Source: Candidatus Hydrothermarchaeum profundi
GTDB taxonomy: Archaea > Hydrothermarchaeota > Hydrothermarchaeia > Hydrothermarchaeales > Hydrothermarchaeaceae
NCBI GenBank assembly: GCA_002011125.2
Contig: MTMF02000009.1
Coordinates: 744,989 to 808,988 of the forward strand
DNA length: 64,000 bases
Reading direction: 5' to 3'
Positions 50,070 to 59,641 of the stretch are shown here, one piece after another. Below the pieces are notes generated by a model. That model was given only the letters and a program-made list of their open reading frames with translations, made no database searches and was not told the origin of the DNA. Position 1 is the stretch's first letter, and the number at the start of each line of letters is the position of its first letter. A program made the position numbers and the translations under genes.

Positions 50070-50264
50070 ATGCCCACAACAATTACAATAAGCGAAAGCA
50101 CAAAACAGGTGCTTAAAAATATCAAAGGCAAGAAAAAATGGGACATCCTTCTTAGGGAACTTGCAGAGGAGTATATGAAGATTAAGAGGGAAAGAGTGAG
50201 AAAGGAACTCAAGAAGTTGCTTATAGAAGAGACGAGGGTTAGGAAATGGGCGAGGGAGTACTAG
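50070..50264 (+). CDS. Antitoxin (RHH-like)
   Basis: MPTTITIS...WDILL; overlaps the PIN gene. Confidence 0.8.
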   Translation: MPTTITISESTKQVLKNIKGKKKWDILLRELAEEYMKIKRERVRKELKKLLIEETRVRKWAREY

Positions 50265-50608
50265 TTGATACAGATGTTTTGATCGATTTTGTAAATGAAA
50301 AAACTGAACTTCCAAATAGTCCCTTATATATAACTGAGGTAACCCTCTATGAGTTTATACGGGGATCTCGGGACATCTCAAAATCAAAAGCTCTTCTTGA
50401 AGAGGCATTCTCCGTCATATACCATGAGAACCCCATAATCCAAAAAGCATCAGAAATTTGGGTTACACTCAGAAGGGAAGGGGAAATCTTGGACGATAGG
50501 GACATCCTTATCGGGGCAGCCGCTATGATTAAGAACATTCCTTTATTAACCCGCAACAAGAAACATTACGAAAAGCTCAAAGAATTCGGCATAACTTTTT
50601 ACAAATAG
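50246..50608 (+). CDS. vapC: VapC PIN-domain toxin
   Basis: VDTDVLID, DILIGAAA and TRNKKHY motifs. Confidence 0.92.
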   Translation: MGEGVLVDTDVLIDFVNEKTELPNSPLYITEVTLYEFIRGSRDISKSKALLEEAFSVIYHENPIIQKASEIWVTLRREGEILDDRDILIGAAAMIKNIPLLTRNKKHYEKLKEFGITFYK

Positions 50609-50618
50609 TGCAAAAGGA

Positions 50619-51287
50619 TCAGAAATACTCTTCTAAATCCTTCTGGGACGGCTTCTTCTTTTTTTCTTCCCAAGAGCTAATAGCCCTACCGACTTTCCTC
50701 CTAACCGCGGTTTGAACCTCCTCTATAGATCCGGTGGCATTGATGATTGAGATTACCTCATACTCTTTTGCGAGGTCTAGATATATGTCCCGCACCTTGG
50801 CGAGAAACTCTTTCTTCTCGAAGTACTCTCGCTCCCTAACACTACTCCGCAGGCTGTTCTTCGTTGATATTCTTTCGATGGCAACCTCCGGCGGAATATC
50901 TAGCAGTAAAACTAGGTCAGGCATTGGCGCAAACCTATTTATCTCCCTAAGCCATTCAAGGCTAAGACCAGATGCGCCCTGGTAAGCCATAGAAGAAAAA
51001 AAGTACCTCTCAGTAATAACCACCTTACCCTCTCCAAGCTTTTCTGAGATCACCTTAACATGCTCGCTTCTATCAGCCGCGAACAATAGGGCCTCCGTCT
51101 TTGAGTCGAGCTCGCCTTTTTTCAAGGCTTCTCTAATGAGCTTACCGACAGGCCCATCTGTGGGTTCCTTGGTGAGGAAAGTATCATAACCCTTATCCTT
51201 GACCCACCTGTTCAGGAGCTTACAGTGAGTTCCTTTCCCAGAGCCGTCTATACCCTCTATAGCTATGAACATGCCTCTTACACCCAA
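50619..51287 (-). CDS. tmk: Thymidylate kinase
   Basis: EGIDGSGKGT, LLFAADR and ERYFFSSMAYQ motifs. Confidence 0.95.
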   Translation of the reverse strand: MGVRGMFIAIEGIDGSGKGTHCKLLNRWVKDKGYDTFLTKEPTDGPVGKLIREALKKGELDSKTEALLFAADRSEHVKVISEKLGEGKVVITERYFFSSMAYQGASGLSLEWLREINRFAPMPDLVLLLDIPPEVAIERISTKNSLRSSVREREYFEKKEFLAKVRDIYLDLAKEYEVISIINATGSIEEVQTAVRRKVGRAISSWEEKKKKPSQKDLEEYF

Positions 51288-51325
51288 TGCTTATCTCTTT
51301 TTTCTGCCTAATAAGGGCTTTGTAA

Positions 51326-52258
51326 TCAGATGAAATTGATATGCAGATAAATAAACATCAAATAAAGTGCTATAAGCACCGAGGACTCCTTCCTATTCAG
51401 ATTCATATTATTCCAAAGTAGCAGGAGGGCGATAGCAGTAGCAAAGGCCCAGTATACGAAATCGTAGGAGAGCAGTATAGGTTCAACTGCGAATCCGTAG
51501 AGAGAAGCTCCTATACCTATGGATAAAAGCGGGTCGGTGATATTAGAGCCGATAAGATTACCAAGGCTCAAGGCATGAGCTTTTTTGGAGAGAGCCCTAA
51601 GAGAGACGCTGAGTTCTGGAAGAGCGTTTCCAAGGCCTACAAGTATGCCCATAAAGGCAACCGGTAGACCAAGGTTCTGAGCTATACCTACTCCATTTTC
51701 AACCACAACTCTTGCGGAGAAAACAACTACCCCTATGCCTCCCAGGGTTAAAAAAACATCACCAATAACCCTAGTAGTAGGCGTCTCCTCCCTTGCGATA
51801 GGCTTCTCCTGCTTTATTAGAAAAACCAAGTAGGCTACATATAATAAAACTAGAGTAACGCCGTTTAAGCGGGATATCATTCCATCGCTCGCAGCTAGAT
51901 ACATGACGAATAAAGCTAGTAGCATGGCTATCCCATCCCTCCTCAGCGACCTCTGCTGAATATAGAGATTAGCAAATAACCCAACTATGCCAAGTATTAT
52001 AGTTATCTGACTCATGCATGAACCAATTATATTCCCCACAGCTATACCGCTGGATGGGAGACCCTTTCTAGCCAGCAAACCGGCTGCTATATTAGTAGAT
52101 ATTTCCGGTAAAGATGTGCCAATAGATGTTATAGTTAAACCAATAACCAGCTCAGAGACCCCGAGTCTCAGAGCTATTCTCCGAGCAGCGTTAACTGCTA
52201 TATCAGAAGACCACCAGAGGCCGAGGATACCGGCCAATAAAATTGTAGCTCCTATCAG
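51326..52258 (-). CDS. Ca2+/Na+ antiporter (CaCA family); probable CTG start at 52258
   Basis: GTSLPE, GNIIGS and GNLIGSNI repeats; GAGGAGG precedes the in-frame CTG. Confidence 0.9.
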   Translation of the reverse strand: MIGATILLAGILGLWWSSDIAVNAARRIALRLGVSELVIGLTITSIGTSLPEISTNIAAGLLARKGLPSSGIAVGNIIGSCMSQITIILGIVGLFANLYIQQRSLRRDGIAMLLALFVMYLAASDGMISRLNGVTLVLLYVAYLVFLIKQEKPIAREETPTTRVIGDVFLTLGGIGVVVFSARVVVENGVGIAQNLGLPVAFMGILVGLGNALPELSVSLRALSKKAHALSLGNLIGSNITDPLLSIGIGASLYGFAVEPILLSYDFVYWAFATAIALLLLWNNMNLNRKESSVLIALYLMFIYLHINFI

Positions 52259-52267
52259 CCTTCCTCC

Positions 52268-53512
52268 TCAGATAGCACTCTGCAATACAAGCACCACAAT
52301 ACCAACCACGGCCATCAAAGTCGAAGGAAATCCGATGATCTTGAGAAGGTCCTTTGTACCACTTATCCTGACAATTAGAATCTTGCCGAGAGTAGAGCCT
52401 ACTGCAGCAATCACACATCCTGATGCGGCAGTATAAGCGTCAAGGCTGCCGAGAGCTCCTAGCGAAGCTAGAGAAGCAGTAACAGCAGCGCTGCTCACAA
52501 GCCCTCCGAGCATAGCGGTTATATACACTCCTCCGACACCGTAATCCTTAAACGTGTCTACGATAATTGATATGGCTGTAAAAAGTAGTGCAAAGCGTAT
52601 CGCAGGCAGAATCGCAAAAGGTGACTCAACAGGGGTTTCCATCTCTTTAGGTTTCTCCTTATATTTAGCTGTGGCAGAGTATAGGAGTCCTGCGGCTATC
52701 ATTAACACTTGGGGTAGGACCATGAAGCGTAGTACCTCAATGCTTATCACACCGGCTATTACGAGGTTTCTAGCTAGCATTACACAATTCGTATAAACGA
52801 TTGCTGTTTTAGCTGATTGAACTAGCTCTTCATATTTTTTCGCCTTAATGGCGAGAGCACTTGTTGTCGCCTCGCTATTCACAAGCCCTCCCAATGCGCC
52901 CACTATTGGAAGACCCTTTTCAACGCCAACCTGTCTGAGCGCTAGGAATCCAGCGAATCCTATGGAAGTCACTACTATAACGATGAGTACAAGCATCCTT
53001 GGGTTTATTAGTCCGAAGGGATCTACGGGATAGTCTGGCACCACAGGGTAGAGGACAAACGCTATAATACCAAACTCTAAAGCATTAATAATCTCGCTGT
53101 GGGTAAGTGTCTTGGAAAAGCTGGTAGAATACTTCTTAGTTACCAGGATACCTGTTATAATCACACTGCCAGCTACTGCCTCGAAGTACATCTGCATTCC
53201 AGCAAGGACTCCTAAGAGAAATGTTAAGAGAAATGCAACCGGGGTTGTAACACCTATATCCCAGAGGTTTATATTCTTGATAATACCAAGTAGAAGGGTC
53301 ACAAGGAGTATACCGAAAAAGGCTATTATCAGGAAAAGTTCCTCCTCTAATGCATCAGAGATAACCACAGAGAGAGCTCCAAGAATTGAGGCGAGCATGA
53401 AGGTCCGCATCCCAGCTACTACTTTTTCCTTCATCTCCCTCTCTATGCCTACCAGCCCACCTACTAGAGCTGCTATTATAAGCATTTTTATGAATTCGGC
53501 CTGCAAAACCAT
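52268..53512 (-). CDS. MgtC/SapB + DUF4010 membrane protein
   Basis: GIERE, AGMRTF, GVTT, GGLVNSEATT motifs. Confidence 0.88.
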   Translation of the reverse strand: MVLQAEFIKMLIIAALVGGLVGIEREMKEKVVAGMRTFMLASILGALSVVISDALEEELFLIIAFFGILLVTLLLGIIKNINLWDIGVTTPVAFLLTFLLGVLAGMQMYFEAVAGSVIITGILVTKKYSTSFSKTLTHSEIINALEFGIIAFVLYPVVPDYPVDPFGLINPRMLVLIVIVVTSIGFAGFLALRQVGVEKGLPIVGALGGLVNSEATTSALAIKAKKYEELVQSAKTAIVYTNCVMLARNLVIAGVISIEVLRFMVLPQVLMIAAGLLYSATAKYKEKPKEMETPVESPFAILPAIRFALLFTAISIIVDTFKDYGVGGVYITAMLGGLVSSAAVTASLASLGALGSLDAYTAASGCVIAAVGSTLGKILIVRISGTKDLLKIIGFPSTLMAVVGIVVLVLQSAI

Positions 53513-53621
53513 GTCTTTAAGTTATATTGGCGAGTATTTATAATATTTCCAAGATTTCCGCTTTCCTACCCCTAAAAATATAAATAACGATGTACTTATC
53601 CTTTAACCGGAGGTATAAACG

Positions 53622-54086
53622 CTGAAGCTAACTCATGTCTCAGATAAAGGGGTAAGGATGGTTGAAATCTCAGATAAGAAAGACATTAAGAGAACTGCTA
53701 TCGCTAGCGGTAAAATCAGGCTTAGAAGAGAAACCATTGAGGGGATTAAGAAGGGCACTATTGAGAAGGGTAACGTGCTAACCACCGCTCAAGTAGCTGC
53801 AACGCTGGCTGTAAAGAAGACTCCGGAGCTAATACCCATGTGCCACCCACTTCAAATAACCGGCGTAGATGTGAACTTTGATGTAAGAGATGAAGAAATA
53901 GAAGCAGTAGTAAAGGTTACGACGGTGGGCAAGACAGGCGTAGAAATGGAGGCCATTACAGGCGTTGCTACTGCCTTGCTCACGATATGGGATATGGTTA
54001 AATCGGTTGAAAAAAATGAAAAGGGCCAATACCCTGTGACAAGGATTAATGATATAAAGGTGCTGGAGAAGCATAAGAGCGGTTGA
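53622..54086 (+). CDS. moaC: Cyclic pyranopterin monophosphate synthase MoaC; probable CTG start
   Basis: LIPMCHP and TGVEMEA; conserved LTHV...GVRMVEIS lies upstream of the ATG at 53658. Confidence 0.95.
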   Translation: MKLTHVSDKGVRMVEISDKKDIKRTAIASGKIRLRRETIEGIKKGTIEKGNVLTTAQVAATLAVKKTPELIPMCHPLQITGVDVNFDVRDEEIEAVVKVTTVGKTGVEMEAITGVATALLTIWDMVKSVEKNEKGQYPVTRINDIKVLEKHKSG

Positions 54087-54089
54087 AAA

Positions 54090-54626
54090 ATGGAAACCAC
54101 CAAAAAACACAAAGAAGAGGCCCCTAAAGTCCTTAGGGCCGCGGTAGTCACAGTATCAGACTCAAAATACGATTACCTGTGGAGCAAAAACAAGACGCTA
54201 GAGGAGACAGAAGACGTTTCGGGAAAAGAAATTATAAGAACATTAAAAAATGAAGGACATGAGGTAGTTTTCTATACGATTGTCCCTGACCATGCTGGAG
54301 TAATTGTTGAGACGGTTGATCATATAGTAGAAACCTATGCTCCGGATATTGTCGTCACTACAGGGGGAACGGGAATCTCGAGTAAGGATGTCACTATAGA
54401 AGCATTGCGAGATGCCTTAGACAAGGAGGTTGAAGGATTCGGCGAGCTTTTTAGGAAGATCAGCTTTGAAAGGCTGGGTACCGCTGCCTTGTTAACCAGG
54501 GCGATAGCAGGTGTGTGGGGAGAAACTGTAGTTTTTTGTCTTCCGGGATCGCCTGACGCTGTGAAAACAGGCATGGATATAATCATTAAAGAAGCAGCTC
54601 ACTTAGTAAAACATGCGAGGGAATGA
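54090..54626 (+). CDS. moaB: MoaB/MogA molybdopterin adenylyltransferase
   Basis: TVSD, TTGGTG, DVT.EA and LPGSP motifs. Confidence 0.92.
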   Translation: METTKKHKEEAPKVLRAAVVTVSDSKYDYLWSKNKTLEETEDVSGKEIIRTLKNEGHEVVFYTIVPDHAGVIVETVDHIVETYAPDIVVTTGGTGISSKDVTIEALRDALDKEVEGFGELFRKISFERLGTAALLTRAIAGVWGETVVFCLPGSPDAVKTGMDIIIKEAAHLVKHARE

Positions 54627-54937
54627 AATTGAGATTTGAAGAAATAAGGAAGAAGCTTTCAGGATTAGATTGCAGGGAATGCGGATTTAACTCCTGCGAT
54701 GATATGGCGAAGGCGATAGTGGAGGGGAAAGTAAAACTCGAGGACTGCGTAGTTTTAGCGGCTGGGAAAAGAGTGGTGCTAAGGGTTGATGGGAGCGAGA
54801 TACCTATGGGAGGGTTCGTTCAGAGCTTCGTGAAAAACACTACCTTGGGTATGGTGAAGACTCTCAAAAAGGTGGATATGAAGCCTGGGAGCTTGGTAGA
54901 ACTCAGGTTTTTGGTGACAGAGGATGATCTACGATAG
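54623..54937 (+). CDS. Fe-S-binding protein (MobB C-terminal-like)
   Basis: LDCRECGFNSC...C; IPMGGFVQ. Confidence 0.75.
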   Translation: MKLRFEEIRKKLSGLDCRECGFNSCDDMAKAIVEGKVKLEDCVVLAAGKRVVLRVDGSEIPMGGFVQSFVKNTTLGMVKTLKKVDMKPGSLVELRFLVTEDDLR

Positions 54938-55844
54938 GTATGGTAGACCCCTTAAGAGCATGAGGATATCCATAACTCAGAAGTGCAACTTAGACTGTAT
55001 TTATTGCCACAGAGAAGGGGTCTTTGAAAAAACCTACAAGGAGATGACACCTGAGGAGATCCAGAGGATAACTAGGATTTGCGTCCAAAATGGGATAAAG
55101 AAAGTTAAGATAACTGGTGGGGAGCCCCTTGTGAGGGCAGATGTATGTGAAATAGTAGAGAGAATATCAAGCATAGAGGGGGTAGAGGATGTGTCTATGA
55201 CTACTAATGGCGTGCTACTGGAGAAGTTAGCTGAAGACCTTAAAAACTCCGGGTTAGATAGAATAAATATAAGCCTGGACACCCTCCGTCCTGAGACCTT
55301 CAAATGGATAACTAGGGGGGGAGACTTGGAAAAAGTCGTAAGAGGGGTTGATAAGGCGGTAGAAGCCGGCTTAAGACCTGTTAAGCTAAATATGGTAGTA
55401 ATGAAAGGAGTCAATGATGATGAGATAGAGCAGATGGTTAAGGAGTATTCGAGGGAGGAGGTGGTTATACAGCTTATAGAGTTAGTGGATACCGATAAAG
55501 CGTTTTTTGCCAAGTACTTCTATGATTTAGATGATATCGAAAGGGACCTGCAAAAAAAAGCTAAGAATGTGGTGATAAGGAGGTTCATGCAGGGCAGGAG
55601 GAAATATATTCTAAACGGCTCCAGGGTAGAGGTAATAAAGCCTATGCATAACAGCGAATTCTGCGCTCACTGCACTAGGATAAGGATAACCGCTGATGGA
55701 AAGTTTAAGCCCTGCCTGATGCGCTCCGATAACACTATTGATTTCCTTACTCCCGCGAGGAATGGGGCAACTGATGAAGAGCTTAACCAGCTTTTCCTAA
55801 AGGCTGTTGAAAATAGGGCACCTTATTTTAAGAAGAAAATATAA
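54924..55844 (+). CDS. moaA: GTP 3',8-cyclase MoaA
   Basis: DRYGRP, CNLDCIYC, TGGEP and FCAHCTRIR...KPCL motifs. Confidence 0.96.
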   Translation: MIYDRYGRPLKSMRISITQKCNLDCIYCHREGVFEKTYKEMTPEEIQRITRICVQNGIKKVKITGGEPLVRADVCEIVERISSIEGVEDVSMTTNGVLLEKLAEDLKNSGLDRINISLDTLRPETFKWITRGGDLEKVVRGVDKAVEAGLRPVKLNMVVMKGVNDDEIEQMVKEYSREEVVIQLIELVDTDKAFFAKYFYDLDDIERDLQKKAKNVVIRRFMQGRRKYILNGSRVEVIKPMHNSEFCAHCTRIRITADGKFKPCLMRSDNTIDFLTPARNGATDEELNQLFLKAVENRAPYFKKKI

Positions 55845-55870
55845 GCCAGAGAGACTCTAAAAAAAAGCTA

Positions 55871-57058
55871 ATGCAGTTTAAGGACTTCAGATTCGATAGA
55901 CGCGAGTTTTCTGGCTCATTAGGGGATATGGGCACATTAGTGCCGTTATCCATAGCTATGATAGTAGTGAACGGCCTTAACGCTACTGCTGTCTTCTTGA
56001 TGGTGGGCCTATTCTATATAGGGACGGGGATATACTTCAGGCTTCCTCTACCGGTACAGCCTTTGAAGGTCGTTGCAGCTATAGCCATAGCTACTCACAT
56101 GGATGCAAGCACAATAGCTGCATCCGGAATACTCTTCGGCGTTAGCCTGATGATACTAGGGTTAACGGGATTAATAGATAAGCTAGCGAGATACTTCACC
56201 AAGCCAATAGTGCGAGGGATTCAGCTTGGCTTAGGCTTAATTTTGCTCCAAAAAGCTATAATTTTCATAACCGCTGAAGACCTGCTTATAAATGTAGAGG
56301 CTCTTCCAACCTTCCCGTCTCACATAACGCTGTCTACGAACCTTGCCATAGGTATAGTTGGGGTCCTGTTAGCATTGCTCTTAATTCAGAGTAGAAGACT
56401 TCCCGCTGCTATCGCCGTATTATCATATGGAATAATTGTAAGCCTTGCATTAGGATCCGTATATAATATCCGAGAATTTTCAATGGGATTCATTCCATTC
56501 TCCCTATATTCTCCTACTAAAACAACGCTCGTAGATGCCTTCTTCCTTCTGGTGATACCTCAAATACCGCTAACCTTGGGTAATGCGGTTATAGCAACAT
56601 CAGATGCGGCTAGGCACTTCTTCGGAGAAGAAAGGGCAAAGAAAGCATCTTTTAAAGCTCTCGCTTCAAGCATGGGGGTAGCTAACATCATAGCTGGAGC
56701 GATTTCCGCTATGCCCATGTGTCATGGCTCCGGTGGCCTAGCCGCTCACTACAGATTTGGAGCTAGAACAGGTGGTTCGAATATAATAATAGGCACCATA
56801 TTCATAATAATCGCAGTAGTATTCGGGAAGATGGCAGTCGCTCTCCTCTCGCTGATACCTAATTCTATCTTGGGTATACTCCTCTTCTACGCAGGAATCG
56901 AGCTGGCTATGCTGGTAAGAGACATTAAAACAAAGAATGATTTCTTCATAGTATTCTCTATTGCCGCAATTGCGCTGGCGACCTCAAATATGGGGATTGC
57001 TTTCATCGCGGGCATCATATTCAAATTCATTCTCGATAGAACAGGAATCGAGCTATAA
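55871..57058 (+). CDS. MOT1-family molybdate/sulfate transporter
   Basis: GSLGDMGT, PVQPLK and PMCHGSGGLAAHYRFGART motifs; downstream of the moa genes. Confidence 0.9.
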   Translation: MQFKDFRFDRREFSGSLGDMGTLVPLSIAMIVVNGLNATAVFLMVGLFYIGTGIYFRLPLPVQPLKVVAAIAIATHMDASTIAASGILFGVSLMILGLTGLIDKLARYFTKPIVRGIQLGLGLILLQKAIIFITAEDLLINVEALPTFPSHITLSTNLAIGIVGVLLALLLIQSRRLPAAIAVLSYGIIVSLALGSVYNIREFSMGFIPFSLYSPTKTTLVDAFFLLVIPQIPLTLGNAVIATSDAARHFFGEERAKKASFKALASSMGVANIIAGAISAMPMCHGSGGLAAHYRFGARTGGSNIIIGTIFIIIAVVFGKMAVALLSLIPNSILGILLFYAGIELAMLVRDIKTKNDFFIVFSIAAIALATSNMGIAFIAGIIFKFILDRTGIEL

Positions 57059-58663
57059 TCTTCCTCGCATAGCCCCGAGATCGATTTTACCCTCTTTGGC
57101 AGGGAAGTCCAGAACTTCGGGAGGGGCGGCTTCAGGCTTTGCGGGAGGAACCTCTTTCCTAGATTTAATCAATACTTCATCTATCCTCAAGATAGCACAC
57201 GCCAAAGAAGTGGCAGACTTAAGGACCTGTTTTTTCGTGCCAGCGTATTCAATAAGCCCACAAGCTCTAGCGTCTTCTAACCGACCATTAATAGCCTCGA
57301 AGGCTGTCATAGTATTACCTTTAGCATGCTCGGACCTAAGCTTCACCATCATGTCTATCGGGTCTAATCCAGAATTATATACGAGAGCCTTAGGTATAAC
57401 TTCTAGAGCTTCAGCGTAAGAGCTTATTGCGAGCTGTTCTCTACTACTCACGCTTGTTGCGTAGTCGCGCAACTTCTTAGCTAGCTCAAGCTCAATCGCA
57501 CCTCCTCCAGCGACCGCACTATTCTCCTTTTTAACCCTAGAAAGAACCGAGATGAGGTTCTCCATCCTCCTCTTTACCTCCATAGCTACATTCTCACTGC
57601 CGCCTCTAACCAAAATACTAGCGGTATTATTCTCTTTGCACTCCGTGATATACATTATCTCCTCTAGCCCGATTTTGCTCTCCTCAACTAAGCCCGCATA
57701 CCCCAACACAGAAGGGCTGACCTCGTTTATATTCCCTACGATCCTTGCACCAGTAGCTTTTTGAAGGAGTTTAAGTGTCTCCCTCTCTACATCTCGAACT
57801 CCCATGATGCCAGCCTTGGAGAGATAATACATGGCGATATCAGCTATATTCTTCTGGCAGAACACCACATTAGCTCCTGCTCTAGCGATCATTTCTACGG
57901 CGACGCGCATTACTTTATCCTTATACTGAGAAAAGGCACGCATCTTTTCAGGGTCATAAATCTCGATCTTAGCGTTCCTTGGGTTCCTCACGTCAAACTC
58001 TTTATCAATCAAGAGTACCCTAGCCCCGCTAATCTTTTTAGGCATATCAGGGTGTACCCTCTTCCCAAGGTCAATCACAACGCCTCGTATAAGAGAGCTG
58101 TCTAGAACTTTGCCGCCAGGGCGATACTCGATCTTGATATTTTTCTCATCTCCAGCTATTTCAACCGCTTCTACTGCTATCCTCGACAGATGCCCGGCCT
58201 CGCTACTTCCGACCTTTCCTCTGAGGATACCCTCGGCGAGGTTAAAGAGTTCTCTTTTAGAAGCAGGAAATGCTAATTCTTCGAGGAACTCGAGAGCCTT
58301 CTCACCAGCCCACATATACCCACGTATAATAGTTGCAGGATGCAAGCCAGAGTCCATGAGTTTCTCGGCATACTTCAACAGCTCACCGGTCAATACAACG
58401 GCAGTGGTAGTACCGTCACCTACCTCTTTCTTCTGCACATTAGCTGCCTCTATCAGCATCTTTGCAACAGGATGTTTAGTGCGTATTAGGGAAAGAATAG
58501 TGTAGCCGCTGTCAGTTACTGCGATATCTTTCGAGGCATCAACTAGTAGCTTATCCATGCCTTTGGGTCCAAGAGCGGTCTTCAGGGTCTCTGCGATTAC
58601 TCTCGCAGCTAGGATATTAGACCTTAAAGCATCTTGCCCTGAGTACACCTCCTTTTCTACCAC
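57053..58663 (-). CDS. Divergent thermosome (group II chaperonin) subunit
   Basis: LGPKGMDK, GDGTTT, ILVRGG, GGGAIE and ILRIDE motifs. Confidence 0.92.
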   Translation of the reverse strand: MVEKEVYSGQDALRSNILAARVIAETLKTALGPKGMDKLLVDASKDIAVTDSGYTILSLIRTKHPVAKMLIEAANVQKKEVGDGTTTAVVLTGELLKYAEKLMDSGLHPATIIRGYMWAGEKALEFLEELAFPASKRELFNLAEGILRGKVGSSEAGHLSRIAVEAVEIAGDEKNIKIEYRPGGKVLDSSLIRGVVIDLGKRVHPDMPKKISGARVLLIDKEFDVRNPRNAKIEIYDPEKMRAFSQYKDKVMRVAVEMIARAGANVVFCQKNIADIAMYYLSKAGIMGVRDVERETLKLLQKATGARIVGNINEVSPSVLGYAGLVEESKIGLEEIMYITECKENNTASILVRGGSENVAMEVKRRMENLISVLSRVKKENSAVAGGGAIELELAKKLRDYATSVSSREQLAISSYAEALEVIPKALVYNSGLDPIDMMVKLRSEHAKGNTMTAFEAINGRLEDARACGLIEYAGTKKQVLKSATSLACAILRIDEVLIKSRKEVPPAKPEAAPPEVLDFPAKEGKIDLGAMRGRL

Positions 58664-58949
58664 CTGAACACCTAGGTAGGAGATAAGCCAAGGTAAAAAT
58701 AAATATCTTACTGAAAGCCAAGATTATATGTTAGAGGGAGTAGGAATGTTTATTAGGATGATATAAGAGCAACTGTCTAAGAAACGCCCAGATAGAGAGT
58801 TTGATTGGCAACTAGGTATAATATCTATTATCTTTTTTTGGGTTGCGACATAGGAGTAAAAAAAATTGTATATCTGAACACAATCAGAGAAAAGCAGGTA
58901 TGGTTTAGAGTGGAGCATAAATTTGATGTTATTAGGGAGGTGAAGATAA

Positions 58950-59588
58950 TGATAACTGAAAAGGAAGCAGAAGGGATAATGGCATGCTTGATGAAAGGCT
59001 TCCTAAAGACTCTATTAGGGAAAGAGCCGTGGCTATAACAGAATCTGTTAGTTTTTCAACCCCTATAATTGAGGGTATTATCTTAGACCTTCTTGAAATG
59101 GGATGGCAATGCTATGTTTATGGTATCCCATATGGGTGTGTAATTTTCTCTGCTATGAGTGTTGAAAGGGCATTAAGAGTGGAGTTAAAGGATAAAGACT
59201 CGAACTTTAAGTGTTTGATTGAGTTAGCAGAGGCAAGAGGAATTATAACACCGGAGGCTGCAAAGATTGCACACGACCTTCGGAAGAAACGTAATGTATA
59301 TGTTCACGTGGACTCTAGAAAAGTGTGGGCAAATATTTTCTCCACCTACAGGCATACCTAAAAAGCGTTGGTGCTAAGAAAGTAGATTTTCCCGAGTCTT
59401 GGGTTTTTGGAATTAGGGAAGAAGTAGATGCGTTAAAGGCATACAAAGATGCAATACGCATCTTATCGGAAATATATCAAGGAAAAAGGAGGAGCCCCCT
59501 CTTAAAGAGAACCATGAGAATCATAAAATCACCTCCCCCTTATAGAGGATTTAAGGTAAAAACCATTCTTGATATTTCTCATAATTGA
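58950..59588 (+). pseudogene. HEPN/DUF4145-like gene broken by frameshifts
   Basis: Three overlapping ORFs in different frames; SVERAL...LRKKRNVYVH (Rx4H). Confidence 0.55.
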
Positions 59589-59641
59589 GTGTCTGGTATC
59601 AGCGAAATTTTTTTATATTTAGTATCTTAATACTAAGTATC

